Part shown: positions 44,388 through 54,322 of the stretch, one piece after another
Layout: each line of letters opens with the position of its first letter
How positions within the stretch are numbered: position 1 is the stretch's first letter
Sequence record: PV357172.2
Length of the DNA stretch: 64,000 nt
Origin: a phage
Direction: 5' to 3' (one strand)
Notes under the pieces: model-generated
The model's database searches: none
Told to the model about the DNA's origin: nothing
Seen by the model: only the letters and a program-made list of their open reading frames with translations
Made by a program: the position numbers and the translations under genes

Positions 44388-46145
44388 ATGGGTTTTTTCG
44401 CTGGAAAATATAGCGATGGTAAGACCGTACTATCTTTAAATACTGAATCTGGTGGTGACATTAATCGTCACTATAGTCCAAATACCAATAGTATTTTTCA
44501 TAGTGATATGCCATTTGTCCTAGTTGATGGTACTTATGAGTCTGGGTTAGGTGATGCCGGTAATGGGTTTTTTGTATGTCAGATGCCCTCTGACATAATA
44601 AATATTAAATCCAATGACCCCGGTAGAGTTATATTAACTGCTATTGAGATTAATGGTACTCACAGAGCTTTTCTTAATGGTACTCAGAGTAAGGTGGGTC
44701 AAACTATAGTTGCCACTCAAGCAGATCCTTTTAGATCTTTTGCTAGTGTTTCCCAGACTAGTGGATTTGCATTTGGTAATAGCCTGGCATCTGGTACATA
44801 TAACTATAATCCATCTATAGGGCATGAAGAATCTATTTCTAGGAATGGTACAGGGGGTACTACCTTACATAGTACGTATCATGGTATAGTTAGGCCGGGT
44901 GCAGGAGCTCCAGTAGGTATTACTGTTGCAGAAGCTTTTGCACAGTTAGGATTCCCTACTAATAGTAGTACAGTACCTATAGATGGTAATAACCAATATT
45001 ACTGGGACCCAGGATGGATGTCTCCTTTAGGATCAGCACACAGAGGGCACGATTGGTTTTATGTTTGTAACTCTAACATACGTGGGTATGGTGGGGTAAG
45101 ACAAGGTCTTCCTGGTAATGTAAATACTATGTATCATGATGGAGGTAACAGATTTGTTTGTAGGGGGTCTACAACTAATTTAGCTAACCAATCTGGTAAC
45201 GCTACAATATTACAGGATTGGTATAACATAACCCCTACTAAAGTTATTTGGTATGTTCTGAATTTAAGATACTCAAATGGTGGTATGAGTATCTCTGGTA
45301 ATCCTTTTACTGGTTCAGATATTCTTATATCTCCTTCTAATTTCATAATTAAAGGGGTTAGTCTTCCCAATACTGGATACAAGTTTATTAACCAGAACGC
45401 TTTTGGTAACTTAGGTTATAGACCAGATATGGAGTATATAGGAAATAACGCAGCGTATACCGGGGTTTTTGGGGATACCACGGCAAGGTGTGAACTTGTA
45501 GGATCTAGTAATGGGGGTTTGTGGTCTCCTGTAGATTATGGAGGGGCTAAATCTCAAATTAGTATTTATAAATTCGGAGCTGGTAAGCAATGGTATGTAA
45601 ACTCTAGGGATAATACTATCGGTAATGAACACGGGGTTGTTTGGGGACCATCAGCAGTTCCATTACGACTTTTTGGTGGAAATGTAGGTAGCTCTTACAT
45701 GGGGGATGATATTACTCCCAGCTACCCGGGAACAGGGGATAGATACGTTGGTTTATCAACTATTGGGCTAGGTATACCGGGTGGCAATGCTACAGTAATT
45801 CTTACCACTGAAGTTATATCAGGTAACCTTAACTGTGCAGGTGTTCCTGCTAATACATGGAATAACGGTGTGTTTCAAGTGCAAGGAAGAAGAGCATATA
45901 GCTATAGTAATGGAGATGCAATATTCCACCAGATTTTAACATTACCAGTAGGGTATTTAGTACCTTTTCATACTACATCTGCTTTTAGATACACACCTAA
46001 CAATGCCCTAAGTAGAAATAGTTTTATATACACTGCTAAAAATCTGGGGAATGGAAATGTAGAGTTAGGGGTAGTTATGCACGTAAGTTTAGGTAGTGCA
46101 GTTTTCCTACCGAGATTAAGAGTAACAGTTCAACGCCTTACCTAA
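44388..46145 (+). CDS. receptor-binding protein, pb5-like (585 aa)
   Basis: N-terminus [17 protein letters not shown]...SGGDINRH...IFHSDM resembles T5 pb5 as I recall it; position upstream of terminase. Confidence 0.6.
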
Positions 46146-46155
46146 AGGAGGAAAT

Positions 46156-46638
46156 ATGGCAAATGATGTATTAGTACCAGATCTTATGTCCCCTGAAGGG
46201 ATGGATGTAATTGAAGCATATTTACAGTGTGGGAGTGATGTGCCTTCTGCCGCACGTAGTCTTGGAATGTCCGAAATTGCTTTTAGAGATATTATGAATC
46301 GTAGTGAAGTTAAGAACTACTTAAATGATATTTTTATGGAGAGTGGTTTCCGTAACAGAGATCGTTTATTTGGTGTTCTGGATGAAGTTATCAAGCGTAA
46401 ACTAGAGGAACTAGAAGAAACTGGCATGGGTTCTGACCAAGATATTATGGATATTCTCTGGAAAGCACATAAAATGAAAATGGAAGAAATGAAAATGATG
46501 GTAGAACTGGAGAAAGTTAAGGCAGCAGCCCGTACTCCAGCTAACCAGACCAACATCCAGAATAATATTATTGCTGGAGCTGGGGATCAAAACTACATGG
46601 ACTTAATTACTTCCCTAGCTACTGGAGGTAAGAAGTAA
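46156..46638 (+). CDS. terminase small subunit (160 aa)
   Basis: Directly upstream of and overlapping the large terminase gene. Confidence 0.55.
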
Positions 46639-47954
46639 TGGAAGTATCAAGACCTTACGTTAATACAGTAGATGTTATTGATTTCGGAATAGATAAACGT
46701 TTCTTTCGTCTACCTGTTTCGGGAATACTAGCACAAGAAGGTATTACACCTAATGGTCCTCAAATAGCGATTATTAATGCTCTAGAGGATCCTAGACATC
46801 GTTTTGTAACGGCGTGTGTATCACGCCGTGTAGGTAAATCCTTCATCGCATATACTCTTGGGTTCCTAAAATTGCTGGAACCTAATGTGAAGGTGTTAGT
46901 AGTTGCTCCTAACTATTCACTGGCCAACATCGGATGGTCTCAGATTCGTGGTCTTATTAAAAAATATGGCCTACAAACTGAACGTGAGAACGCTAAAGAT
47001 AAGGAAATTGAGTTAGCTAATGGTTCTCTGTTTAAACTAGCTTCCGCTGCTCAGGCTGACTCCGCAGTTGGACGTTCATATGATTTTATCATCTTTGACG
47101 AGGCGGCAATTTCCGATGTGGGTGGTGATGCCTTCAGGGTTCAGCTGCGTCCTACCCTAGATAAACCTAATTCTAAGGCTCTATTTATTTCCACCCCTCG
47201 TGGAGGTAACTGGTTTAAAGAGTTTTACGCCTACGGATTTGATGATACGTTGCCTAACTGGGTATCTATTCATGGTACATATCGTGATAACCCTCGTGCT
47301 GACCTGAATGATATAGAAGAAGCACGTCGTACGGTTAGTAAAAACTACTTCCGCCAGGAATATGAAGCTGACTTCTCTGTATTTGAAGGTCAGATTTTTG
47401 ATACTTTCAATGCTATTGACCATGTTAAAGACCTTAAGGGTATGCGTCATTTCTTTAAAGATGATGAAGCATTCGAAACGTTGCTTGGTATCGACGTTGG
47501 TTATCGTGATCCTACAGCAGTTCTTACTATTAAGTATCATTACGATACGGATACTTACTATGTATTAGAAGAGTACCAGCAGGCGGAGAAAACTACAGCT
47601 CAGCATGCTGCTTACATTCAGCACTGTATAGATCGTTATAAAGTTGATCGTATTTTTGTTGACTCCGCGGCAGCTCAGTTCCGTCAAGACTTAGCTTATG
47701 AGCATGAAATTGCATCAGCTCCAGCTAAAAAATCTGTCCTAGATGGCCTAGCATGCCTGCAAGCACTGTTCCAACAGGGTAAGATTATTGTAGATGCCTC
47801 ATGCTCCTCCTTAATTCATGCACTGCAGAACTATAAGTGGGATTTCCAAGAAGGTGAAGAAAAATTATCCCGTGAAAAACCACGTCATGATGCTAACTCT
47901 CACCTTTGTGATGCGCTGCGCTACGGAATTTACTCTATTTCCCGTGGTAAATAA
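46638..47954 (+). CDS. terminase large subunit (438 aa)
   Basis: Walker A-like VSRRVGKS and Walker B FIIFDEAA, with a C-terminal nuclease-type domain. Confidence 0.8.
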   Translation: MEVSRPYVNTVDVIDFGIDKRFFRLPVSGILAQEGITPNGPQIAIINALEDPRHRFVTACVSRRVGKSFIAYTLGFLKLLEPNVKVLVVAPNYSLANIGWSQIRGLIKKYGLQTERENAKDKEIELANGSLFKLASAAQADSAVGRSYDFIIFDEAAISDVGGDAFRVQLRPTLDKPNSKALFISTPRGGNWFKEFYAYGFDDTLPNWVSIHGTYRDNPRADLNDIEEARRTVSKNYFRQEYEADFSVFEGQIFDTFNAIDHVKDLKGMRHFFKDDEAFETLLGIDVGYRDPTAVLTIKYHYDTDTYYVLEEYQQAEKTTAQHAAYIQHCIDRYKVDRIFVDSAAAQFRQDLAYEHEIASAPAKKSVLDGLACLQALFQQGKIIVDASCSSLIHALQNYKWDFQEGEEKLSREKPRHDANSHLCDALRYGIYSISRGK

Positions 47955-48125
47955 ATAAGTATAGGATGGGATACTACTCAGTTGGTATCCCATTCCTGCA
48001 TTTTAAAATCCCCTTTACAAATTCGATATGATTATGTATACTATATTCATTGATCGGGAGAACTTCTCCCATAATAGAACGTAAACAAGAAAAATTAATG
48101 CTCTACATGAGGTGTAGGAGATTCT

Positions 48126-48764
48126 ATGGGTCGACAAAAGCTAACAATAAAAGATATAAATACTAGATTAGCTGATCGTGGAATCCAAATTGTCGGTGAA
48201 TATGTAAACCAGCGTACAAAAACAGTATTTAGATGCCAGAGAGCACACGTTTGGGAAGCAACACCACATTCTGTACTTCATATGAGGAGAGGTTGTCCAC
48301 ACTGCTCCAATAATACAATATCGTTAGATGAAGTTAGTAACAGAATATCTAATATAGGGTATACTCTGTTAAGCAGCTATACTAATGCTAAAACAAAACT
48401 ACATCTACGTTGCAATAATGGGCATGACTGTTTCATTACCCTAGATGGATTGACTCAAGGTAAAAGATGTCCTTATTGTTCTCTTAAATGGGAAAATGGC
48501 GGATTCCTCTATATCATGTCCTCCTGCAGAGGTACTAAAGTAGGCATAAGCTTATACCCTGAGAAGCGGCTGAACGAGGTTAAAAGAGAATCTGGATTTT
48601 CTGACATATACTTGTTCACCGTGTATTATCTGCCGGATAGAGAGACTGCTTTAGATTTAGAGAAGGAAGTTCACAGAAAATATTATAATAAAAACTGTGG
48701 GTTTTCTAATTTTACAGGAAGTACGGAATTTTTTAATGTTGCTCCTGAAGATGCTTTCAAATAG
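48126..48764 (+). CDS. T5orf172/GIY-YIG-like homing endonuclease with zinc-ribbon N-terminus
   Basis: CPHC and CPYC pairs then GGFLYIMSS...KVGIS...KRLNEV...TEFFNV. Confidence 0.6.
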   Translation: MGRQKLTIKDINTRLADRGIQIVGEYVNQRTKTVFRCQRAHVWEATPHSVLHMRRGCPHCSNNTISLDEVSNRISNIGYTLLSSYTNAKTKLHLRCNNGHDCFITLDGLTQGKRCPYCSLKWENGGFLYIMSSCRGTKVGISLYPEKRLNEVKRESGFSDIYLFTVYYLPDRETALDLEKEVHRKYYNKNCGFSNFTGSTEFFNVAPEDAFK

Positions 48765-48990
48765 GGAAGCATTCTACAAGAAATATGAGCATGAGTTAGT
48801 TAGGGACGTGGTAACATTGTGCCAGCACCATCACCAATTATTACATAAGGTTTACACAAAAGAACCTCCTTTATTTTCTGCTAATAAGCAAAAAGTGTGG
48901 GTTCAAAAGCAGAAAGACAAATTACAGAATCCTCAAGAAAAGACACAAGTCAAGACTGAAACAAAATCAGGATTCGCAAGGTTCTTATAA
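48697..48990 (+). CDS. hypothetical small ORF; possible frame-shifted C-terminal remnant of the endonuclease
   Basis: Overlaps the endonuclease 3' end in another frame; contains LCQHHHQLLH. Confidence 0.3.
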   Translation: MGFLILQEVRNFLMLLLKMLSNREAFYKKYEHELVRDVVTLCQHHHQLLHKVYTKEPPLFSANKQKVWVQKQKDKLQNPQEKTQVKTETKSGFARFL

Positions 48991-50090
48991 TGGGTTTTAA
49001 AAGCTGGATTACTGAAAAGCTAAATCCGGGTCAACGTATTATAAGAGACATGGAACCAGTTAGTCATCGCACTAACCGTAAGCCTTTTACCACTGGACAA
49101 GCCTACAGTAAAATTGAGATTCTCAATAGAACTGCTAATATGGTTATAGATAGTGCGGCGGAGTGTTCTTATACTACTCTCTTAAATGTACGACCTAATC
49201 CATTCATGGATATAAGCACATTCCGTAGACTTGTAGTCACTGACCTACTTTTTGAAGGTTGTGCATACATCTATTGGGATGGCACATCGCTTTACCATGT
49301 CCCTGCTGCACTGATGCAAGTAGAGGCAGATGCCAATAAGTTTATCAAAAAATTTATATTTAATAACCAGATAGACTATCGCGTAGATGAGATTATCTTT
49401 ATAAAAGATAACAGTTACGTGTGTGGCACAAATTCTCAAATTTCTGGACAATCTCGCGTTGCTACTGTTATTGACTCTCTTGAGAAGCGTTCTAAGATGC
49501 TTAACTTTAAAGAGAAATTCCTCGATAACGGAACTGTGATTGGTCTTATTCTTGAGACGGATGAAATCCTGAACAAGAAATTGCGTGAGCGTAAACAAGA
49601 AGAATTACAACTAGATTATAATCCTAGTACTGGTCAGTCCTCTGTCCTGATAGACTTTAAGGAAGACATCGAAGGATTTAATAAATCCATCTGTCTAGCC
49701 TTTGGTGTTCCGCAAGTGCTACTTGATGGCGGTAATAATGCGAACATTCGACCAAACATCGAATTGTTCTACTATATGACTATCATTCCTATGCTGAACA
49801 AGCTGACTAGTTCTCTTACTTTCTTTTTTGGTTATAAGATTACTCCTAATACTAAGGAAGTAGCTGCATTAACACCAGATAAAGAAGCTGAGGCTAAACA
49901 TTTAACCTCATTGGTTAATAATGGTATTATGACTGGTAACGAGGCTCGTTTAGAGCTGAACCTTGAACCTTTAGATGATGAGCAGATGAATAAGATTCGT
50001 ATTCCTGCTAACGTTGCTGGTTCTGCAACAGGTGTATCTGGTCAAGAAGGTGGTAGACCTCAAGGTTCCACCGAGGGAGATAAAGAATGA
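48990..50090 (+). CDS. portal protein (366 aa)
   Basis: Position between terminase and prohead protease. Confidence 0.65.
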   Translation: MGFKSWITEKLNPGQRIIRDMEPVSHRTNRKPFTTGQAYSKIEILNRTANMVIDSAAECSYTTLLNVRPNPFMDISTFRRLVVTDLLFEGCAYIYWDGTSLYHVPAALMQVEADANKFIKKFIFNNQIDYRVDEIIFIKDNSYVCGTNSQISGQSRVATVIDSLEKRSKMLNFKEKFLDNGTVIGLILETDEILNKKLRERKQEELQLDYNPSTGQSSVLIDFKEDIEGFNKSICLAFGVPQVLLDGGNNANIRPNIELFYYMTIIPMLNKLTSSLTFFFGYKITPNTKEVAALTPDKEAEAKHLTSLVNNGIMTGNEARLELNLEPLDDEQMNKIRIPANVAGSATGVSGQEGGRPQGSTEGDKE

Positions 50091-50581
50091 TTGATTATAA
50101 TGGTCTAAAGACCATTTTTGGTGAAAAACTGCCAGAATCTCATATCTTCTTTGCTACGGTTGCTGCGCATAAATATGTTCCTAGCTATGCTTTTCTGCGT
50201 AGAGAACTAGGGCTTTCATCTGCGCATACTAACCGTAAAGTATGGAAGAAATTTGTAGAGGCTTATGGTGAAGCAGTTCCTCCGGCCCCACCGGCCCCAC
50301 CATTAACTCTTTCTAAAGATTTAACTGCTAGCATGTCAGTTGAAGAGGGAGCAGCATTAACACTTTCTGTTACTGCAACTGGTGGTACTGGTCCATATAC
50401 TTATGCATGGACTAAAGATGGTTCTCCTATTCCGGATGCTTCAGGAGCTACCTATACTAAACCTACAGCAGCAGCTGAGGATGCCGGCTCTTATAAAGTA
50501 ACTGTAACAGATAGTAAGCAAGTAAGTAAGGATTCTACTGCATGTGCTGTGACAGTTAATCCTACTGTTCCTGGAGGCTAA
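50087..50581 (+). CDS. capsid decoration protein with C-terminal Ig-like domain (164 aa)
   Basis: PPAPPAPP linker then Ig-like beta-rich domain; same length as T5 pb10 as I recall it. Confidence 0.55.
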   Translation: MIDYNGLKTIFGEKLPESHIFFATVAAHKYVPSYAFLRRELGLSSAHTNRKVWKKFVEAYGEAVPPAPPAPPLTLSKDLTASMSVEEGAALTLSVTATGGTGPYTYAWTKDGSPIPDASGATYTKPTAAAEDAGSYKVTVTDSKQVSKDSTACAVTVNPTVPGG

Positions 50582-50584
50582 TAA

Positions 50585-51217
50585 ATGACACAAGCTGCTA
50601 TTGACTATAACAAGTTAAAATCAGCACCCGTTCATTTAGATGCTTATATTAAATCTATTGATAGCGAATCCAAAGAGGGCGTTGTAAAAATCCGTGGATT
50701 CGCTAATACAATTAGTAAAGATCGCGCTGGTGATGTAATTCCTGCTTCTGCGTGGAAAACATCTAATGCACTTGCTAACTATATGAAAAACCCGATTATT
50801 CTTTTCGGACACGATCATCGTCGTCCAATCGGCAAGTGTATTGATCTTAACCCTACTGAAATGGGTCTCGAAATCGAATGCGAGATCTATGAAAGTTCTG
50901 ACCCGGCTATCTTTTCTCTAATTAAAAACGGTGTACTGAAAACTTTTAGTATCGGATTCCGCTGCCTAGATGCAGAGTGGGATGAAGCTACTGATATATT
51001 TATTATTAAAGATTTAGAACTATACGAAGTTTCGGTAGTTTCTGTACCTTGTAATCAGGACTCAACGTTCAATCTCGCTAAGAGTATGAATGGTCATGAT
51101 TATACTGAATGGCGTAAATCTTTTACTGCAATAAGTTCTAAAGCTGTCCCAGCTCAAGAACGTAATCTTTCTGAACTAGAAAAACTTGCGATAGCTTTAG
51201 GCTACGTTAAAGAATAA
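50585..51217 (+). CDS. prohead protease (210 aa)
   Basis: Immediately upstream of the capsid gene; length matches T5 pb11 as I recall it. Confidence 0.6.
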   Translation: MTQAAIDYNKLKSAPVHLDAYIKSIDSESKEGVVKIRGFANTISKDRAGDVIPASAWKTSNALANYMKNPIILFGHDHRRPIGKCIDLNPTEMGLEIECEIYESSDPAIFSLIKNGVLKTFSIGFRCLDAEWDEATDIFIIKDLELYEVSVVSVPCNQDSTFNLAKSMNGHDYTEWRKSFTAISSKAVPAQERNLSELEKLAIALGYVKE

Positions 51218-51234
51218 CGGAGAATTATTTAAAA

Positions 51235-52468
51235 ATGACTATTGATATTAATAAGCTGAAAGAAGAACTTGGTCTGGGTGATCTGGCTAAATCTCTGGAA
51301 GGTCTGACCGCTGCTCAGAAAGCTCAGGAAGCTGAACGTATGCGTAAAGAGCAGGAAGAAAAAGAACTGGCTCGTATGAATGACTTGGTTTCTAAAGCAG
51401 TTGGCGAAGATCGTCAGAAACTGGAACAAGCTCTGGAACTGGTTAAGTCCCTGGATGAAAAATCTAAGAAGAGCGCAGAACTGTTTGCACAGACTGTAGA
51501 AAAGCAGCAGGAAACTATTGTTGGTCTCCAGGACGAAATCAAATCTCTGCTGGCAGCTCGTGAAGGGCGTTCCTTCGTCGGTGATAGTGTGGCTAAAGCA
51601 CTGTACGGTACTCAAGAAAACTTTGAAGACGAAGTGGAGAAACTGGTTCTTCTGTCCTACGTGATGGAAAAAGGTGTATTTGATACCGAACATGGTCAGA
51701 GACACTTGAAAGCTGTAAACCAGTCTTCTTCTGTAGAAGTTTCTAGTGAAAGCTATGAAACTATTTTCTCCCAGCGTATCATCCGTGACTGAGGTTAAAG
51801 GTGCTCTGACTGAAATCCACTTCAGTACTTACAAACTGGCTGCTAAGTCCTTCATTACTGATGAAACTGAAGAAGATGCAATCTTCTCCCTGCTGCCGCT
51901 GCTGCGTAAACGTCTGATTGAAGCACACGCTGTTTCTATCGAAGAAGCGTTTATGACTGGTGATGGTACTGGTAAACCTAAAGGTCTATTGACTCTTGCT
52001 AGCGAAGATGGTGCTAAAGTTACTACTGAAGCTAAAGCTGATGGTTCTGTTCTGGTAACTGCTAAGACTATCTCTAAACTGCGTCGTAAACTGGGCCGTC
52101 ATGGTTTGAAACTGTCCAAACTGGTACTGATTGTATCTATGGATGCTTACTACGATCTGCTGGAAGATGAAGAATGGCAGGATGTTGCTCAAGTTGGTAA
52201 TGATGCTGTTAAACTGCAGGGTCAGGTTGGTCGTATTTATGGTCTGCCGGTTGTAGTTTCTGAATACTTCCCAGCTAAAGCGGTTGATAAAGAGTTCGCA
52301 GTTATTGTTTATAAAGATAACTTCGTAATGCCACGTCAGCGTGCTGTTACTGTTGAACGTGAGCGTCAAGCTGGTAAACAGCGTGATGCATACTACGTTA
52401 CTCAGCGTGTTAACCTGCAACGTTACTTTAGTAATGGCGTTGTATCTGGTGCTTACGCTGCATCTTAA
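51235..52468 (+). CDS. major capsid protein precursor, reading frame interrupted by an apparent +1 frameshift
   Basis: Frame 1 (51235-51792) encodes a coiled-coil scaffold-like domain; frame 2 (from 51737) encodes the HK97-fold body with GDGTGKPKGLL; the frames overlap only at 51737-51789. Confidence 0.7.
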
Positions 52469-52489
52469 TACAGGCTTTTCAGCCGATAA

Positions 52490-52512
52490 GGAGAGCTTCG
52501 GCTCTCCTTTTT
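52490..52512 (+). terminator. rho-independent terminator
   Basis: GGAGAGCTTCGGCTCTCC hairpin followed by TTTTTT. Confidence 0.7.
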
Positions 52513-52527
52513 TATTGGGAAAAATAA

Positions 52528-53040
52528 ATGCAAATAATCACAGCTGAAGACTATAGATTATATGGCGGGTTAAAACGACCTGAACTAGAATCTGGAGTAG
52601 AGATGATGATTACTGCTGCCAATGCGCTGATTACTAGCCTTTTAGGTATGGATGATGCTGATGCGGTAGACCAGTTAATCAATACAAAACCTACTCGTAA
52701 AAAATACTTTTTAAGTTCTCCCTCGGCTACTTCAGTAACCAAAATGACTATTAACGACAAGGAGATAGATCCTGAACAGTATAAGTTGTATTCTGATGGG
52801 GTTATACTTCTTAAATTTAACCCTCCAGAAGGTTATATGGACGTAGAATATACACAAGGTGGATTTAATCCAATTCCTGAAGATCTCAAACTTGCAGCAT
52901 GTATGTTAGTAGATCATTGGCACAAACAGGATTATCGCCAAGCTAAAACAATTGGCGGAGAAACAGTTACTTTTAATAATACTAAGTCTGGTATTCCAGA
53001 GCATATTCGTACTATTATTGAAGTTTACAGGAGAGTATAA
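52528..53040 (+). CDS. head completion / head-tail adaptor candidate (170 aa)
   Basis: Position after the capsid gene. Confidence 0.45.
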   Translation: MQIITAEDYRLYGGLKRPELESGVEMMITAANALITSLLGMDDADAVDQLINTKPTRKKYFLSSPSATSVTKMTINDKEIDPEQYKLYSDGVILLKFNPPEGYMDVEYTQGGFNPIPEDLKLAACMLVDHWHKQDYRQAKTIGGETVTFNNTKSGIPEHIRTIIEVYRRV

Positions 53041-53807
53041 TGTCTCTTTCTGATTTAGCTACACAAATTATTAAGGAGCAGCTAGATAATGTTGGGCGTT
53101 CCGAGAACAATAAGAATACTGTTGTATATTCTGTTGAAACAGGACTGAAAGATCCTACTAGAGATGGTACTGTTGCTCAGGTATCTTTTAAATTCTCAAA
53201 ACCTGTATCCCAAGACCTCCTTAATGTTAGGACCGCTTCTATTCTAAAAGCAGTTTCTTCTAGCTTAGATCTAACAGGAGACTTAGGTGCTTTAGAAAGT
53301 CTTATTCAAGCAACCGCCGGTAAAAAATCCTCTGTAGGTAAAAAACGTTCTACTGGTAGAGTTCAAGTAAACTTTGGGGATCCTAGAGATGTAGAAGATG
53401 GATATTCTGGTGCAGTAACAGGTGCTTCTGGTCGTTTTGTATCTAATAGCAATATGAAGGTTATTCTGGAGTTGGTTGCTAAAGAATACTTAATAAAGGA
53501 TATGAAAAAAGCAGGAGCTCCACTTAAATTTAGAACAGGTCGTTTTGCAAATTCTCTGAAAATTAAGGATGTTATGCTTAGAGATGCAGAGACTAGTAAA
53601 GGTGCTCCTGAACTAAACGTGACATATAAGTATATGGTACGTCCATATTCTGTATTTAATCCAGCAGTATCTACATATCGAAGATTATCTCTACGACCTT
53701 ACCCAGGCGCTAGAAACCCCCAAAAACTTATTGGTGAGGCTATAGCAAAAGCTGCAAGAGACCTGATTCACTCTAGATATAAAATCAAGGTTAATCAAGG
53801 AACCTAA
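53040..53807 (+). CDS. head-tail connector / structural protein candidate (255 aa)
   Basis: Position; translationally coupled. Confidence 0.45.
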   Translation: MSLSDLATQIIKEQLDNVGRSENNKNTVVYSVETGLKDPTRDGTVAQVSFKFSKPVSQDLLNVRTASILKAVSSSLDLTGDLGALESLIQATAGKKSSVGKKRSTGRVQVNFGDPRDVEDGYSGAVTGASGRFVSNSNMKVILELVAKEYLIKDMKKAGAPLKFRTGRFANSLKIKDVMLRDAETSKGAPELNVTYKYMVRPYSVFNPAVSTYRRLSLRPYPGARNPQKLIGEAIAKAARDLIHSRYKIKVNQGT

Positions 53808-53810
53808 TAA

Positions 53811-54296
53811 ATGGATCATAGAACAAGTATTGCACAAGCTCTGGTTGACCGTATATCTAAACAGTTGGACGGTTCTCAACCCGACGAATATTTTAATAAC
53901 CTATATGGAAACGTTTCTCGTCAAACTTATAAATTTGAGGAAATACGAGAGTTTCCTTATGTGGCAGTTCATATCGGAACTGAAACTGGGCAGTATCTTC
54001 CTTCGGGCCAACAGTGGATGTTTTTAGAACTTCCAATCCTGGTGTACGATAAAGAGAAAACAGACATTCAAGAGCAACTTGAAAAACTCGTAGCGGATAT
54101 AAAAACCGTTATTGACACAGGTGGAAATTTAGAATATACTGTTAGTAAACCTAATGGATCGACCTTCCCATGTGAGGCAACTGATATGATCATTACATCA
54201 GTTAGTACAGATGAGGGTCTACTGGCCCCATATGGTTTAGCAGAAATAAATGTAACAGTGAGGTATCAGCCTCCACGTAGGTCACTTCGCAGATAA
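53811..54296 (+). CDS. tail completion / tail terminator candidate (161 aa)
   Basis: Immediately upstream of the tail tube gene. Confidence 0.45.
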   Translation: MDHRTSIAQALVDRISKQLDGSQPDEYFNNLYGNVSRQTYKFEEIREFPYVAVHIGTETGQYLPSGQQWMFLELPILVYDKEKTDIQEQLEKLVADIKTVIDTGGNLEYTVSKPNGSTFPCEATDMIITSVSTDEGLLAPYGLAEINVTVRYQPPRRSLRR

Positions 54297-54322
54297 GTTA
54301 CAGATTAGGAGAAAATAATTAA

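Noticed and set aside
51734-51792. Programmed ribosomal frameshift as the explanation for the capsid frame change
   Set aside because: No obvious slippery heptamer with a downstream pseudoknot, and an essential capsid protein produced only by frameshifting would be unusual; retained only as a low-probability alternative in the finding.
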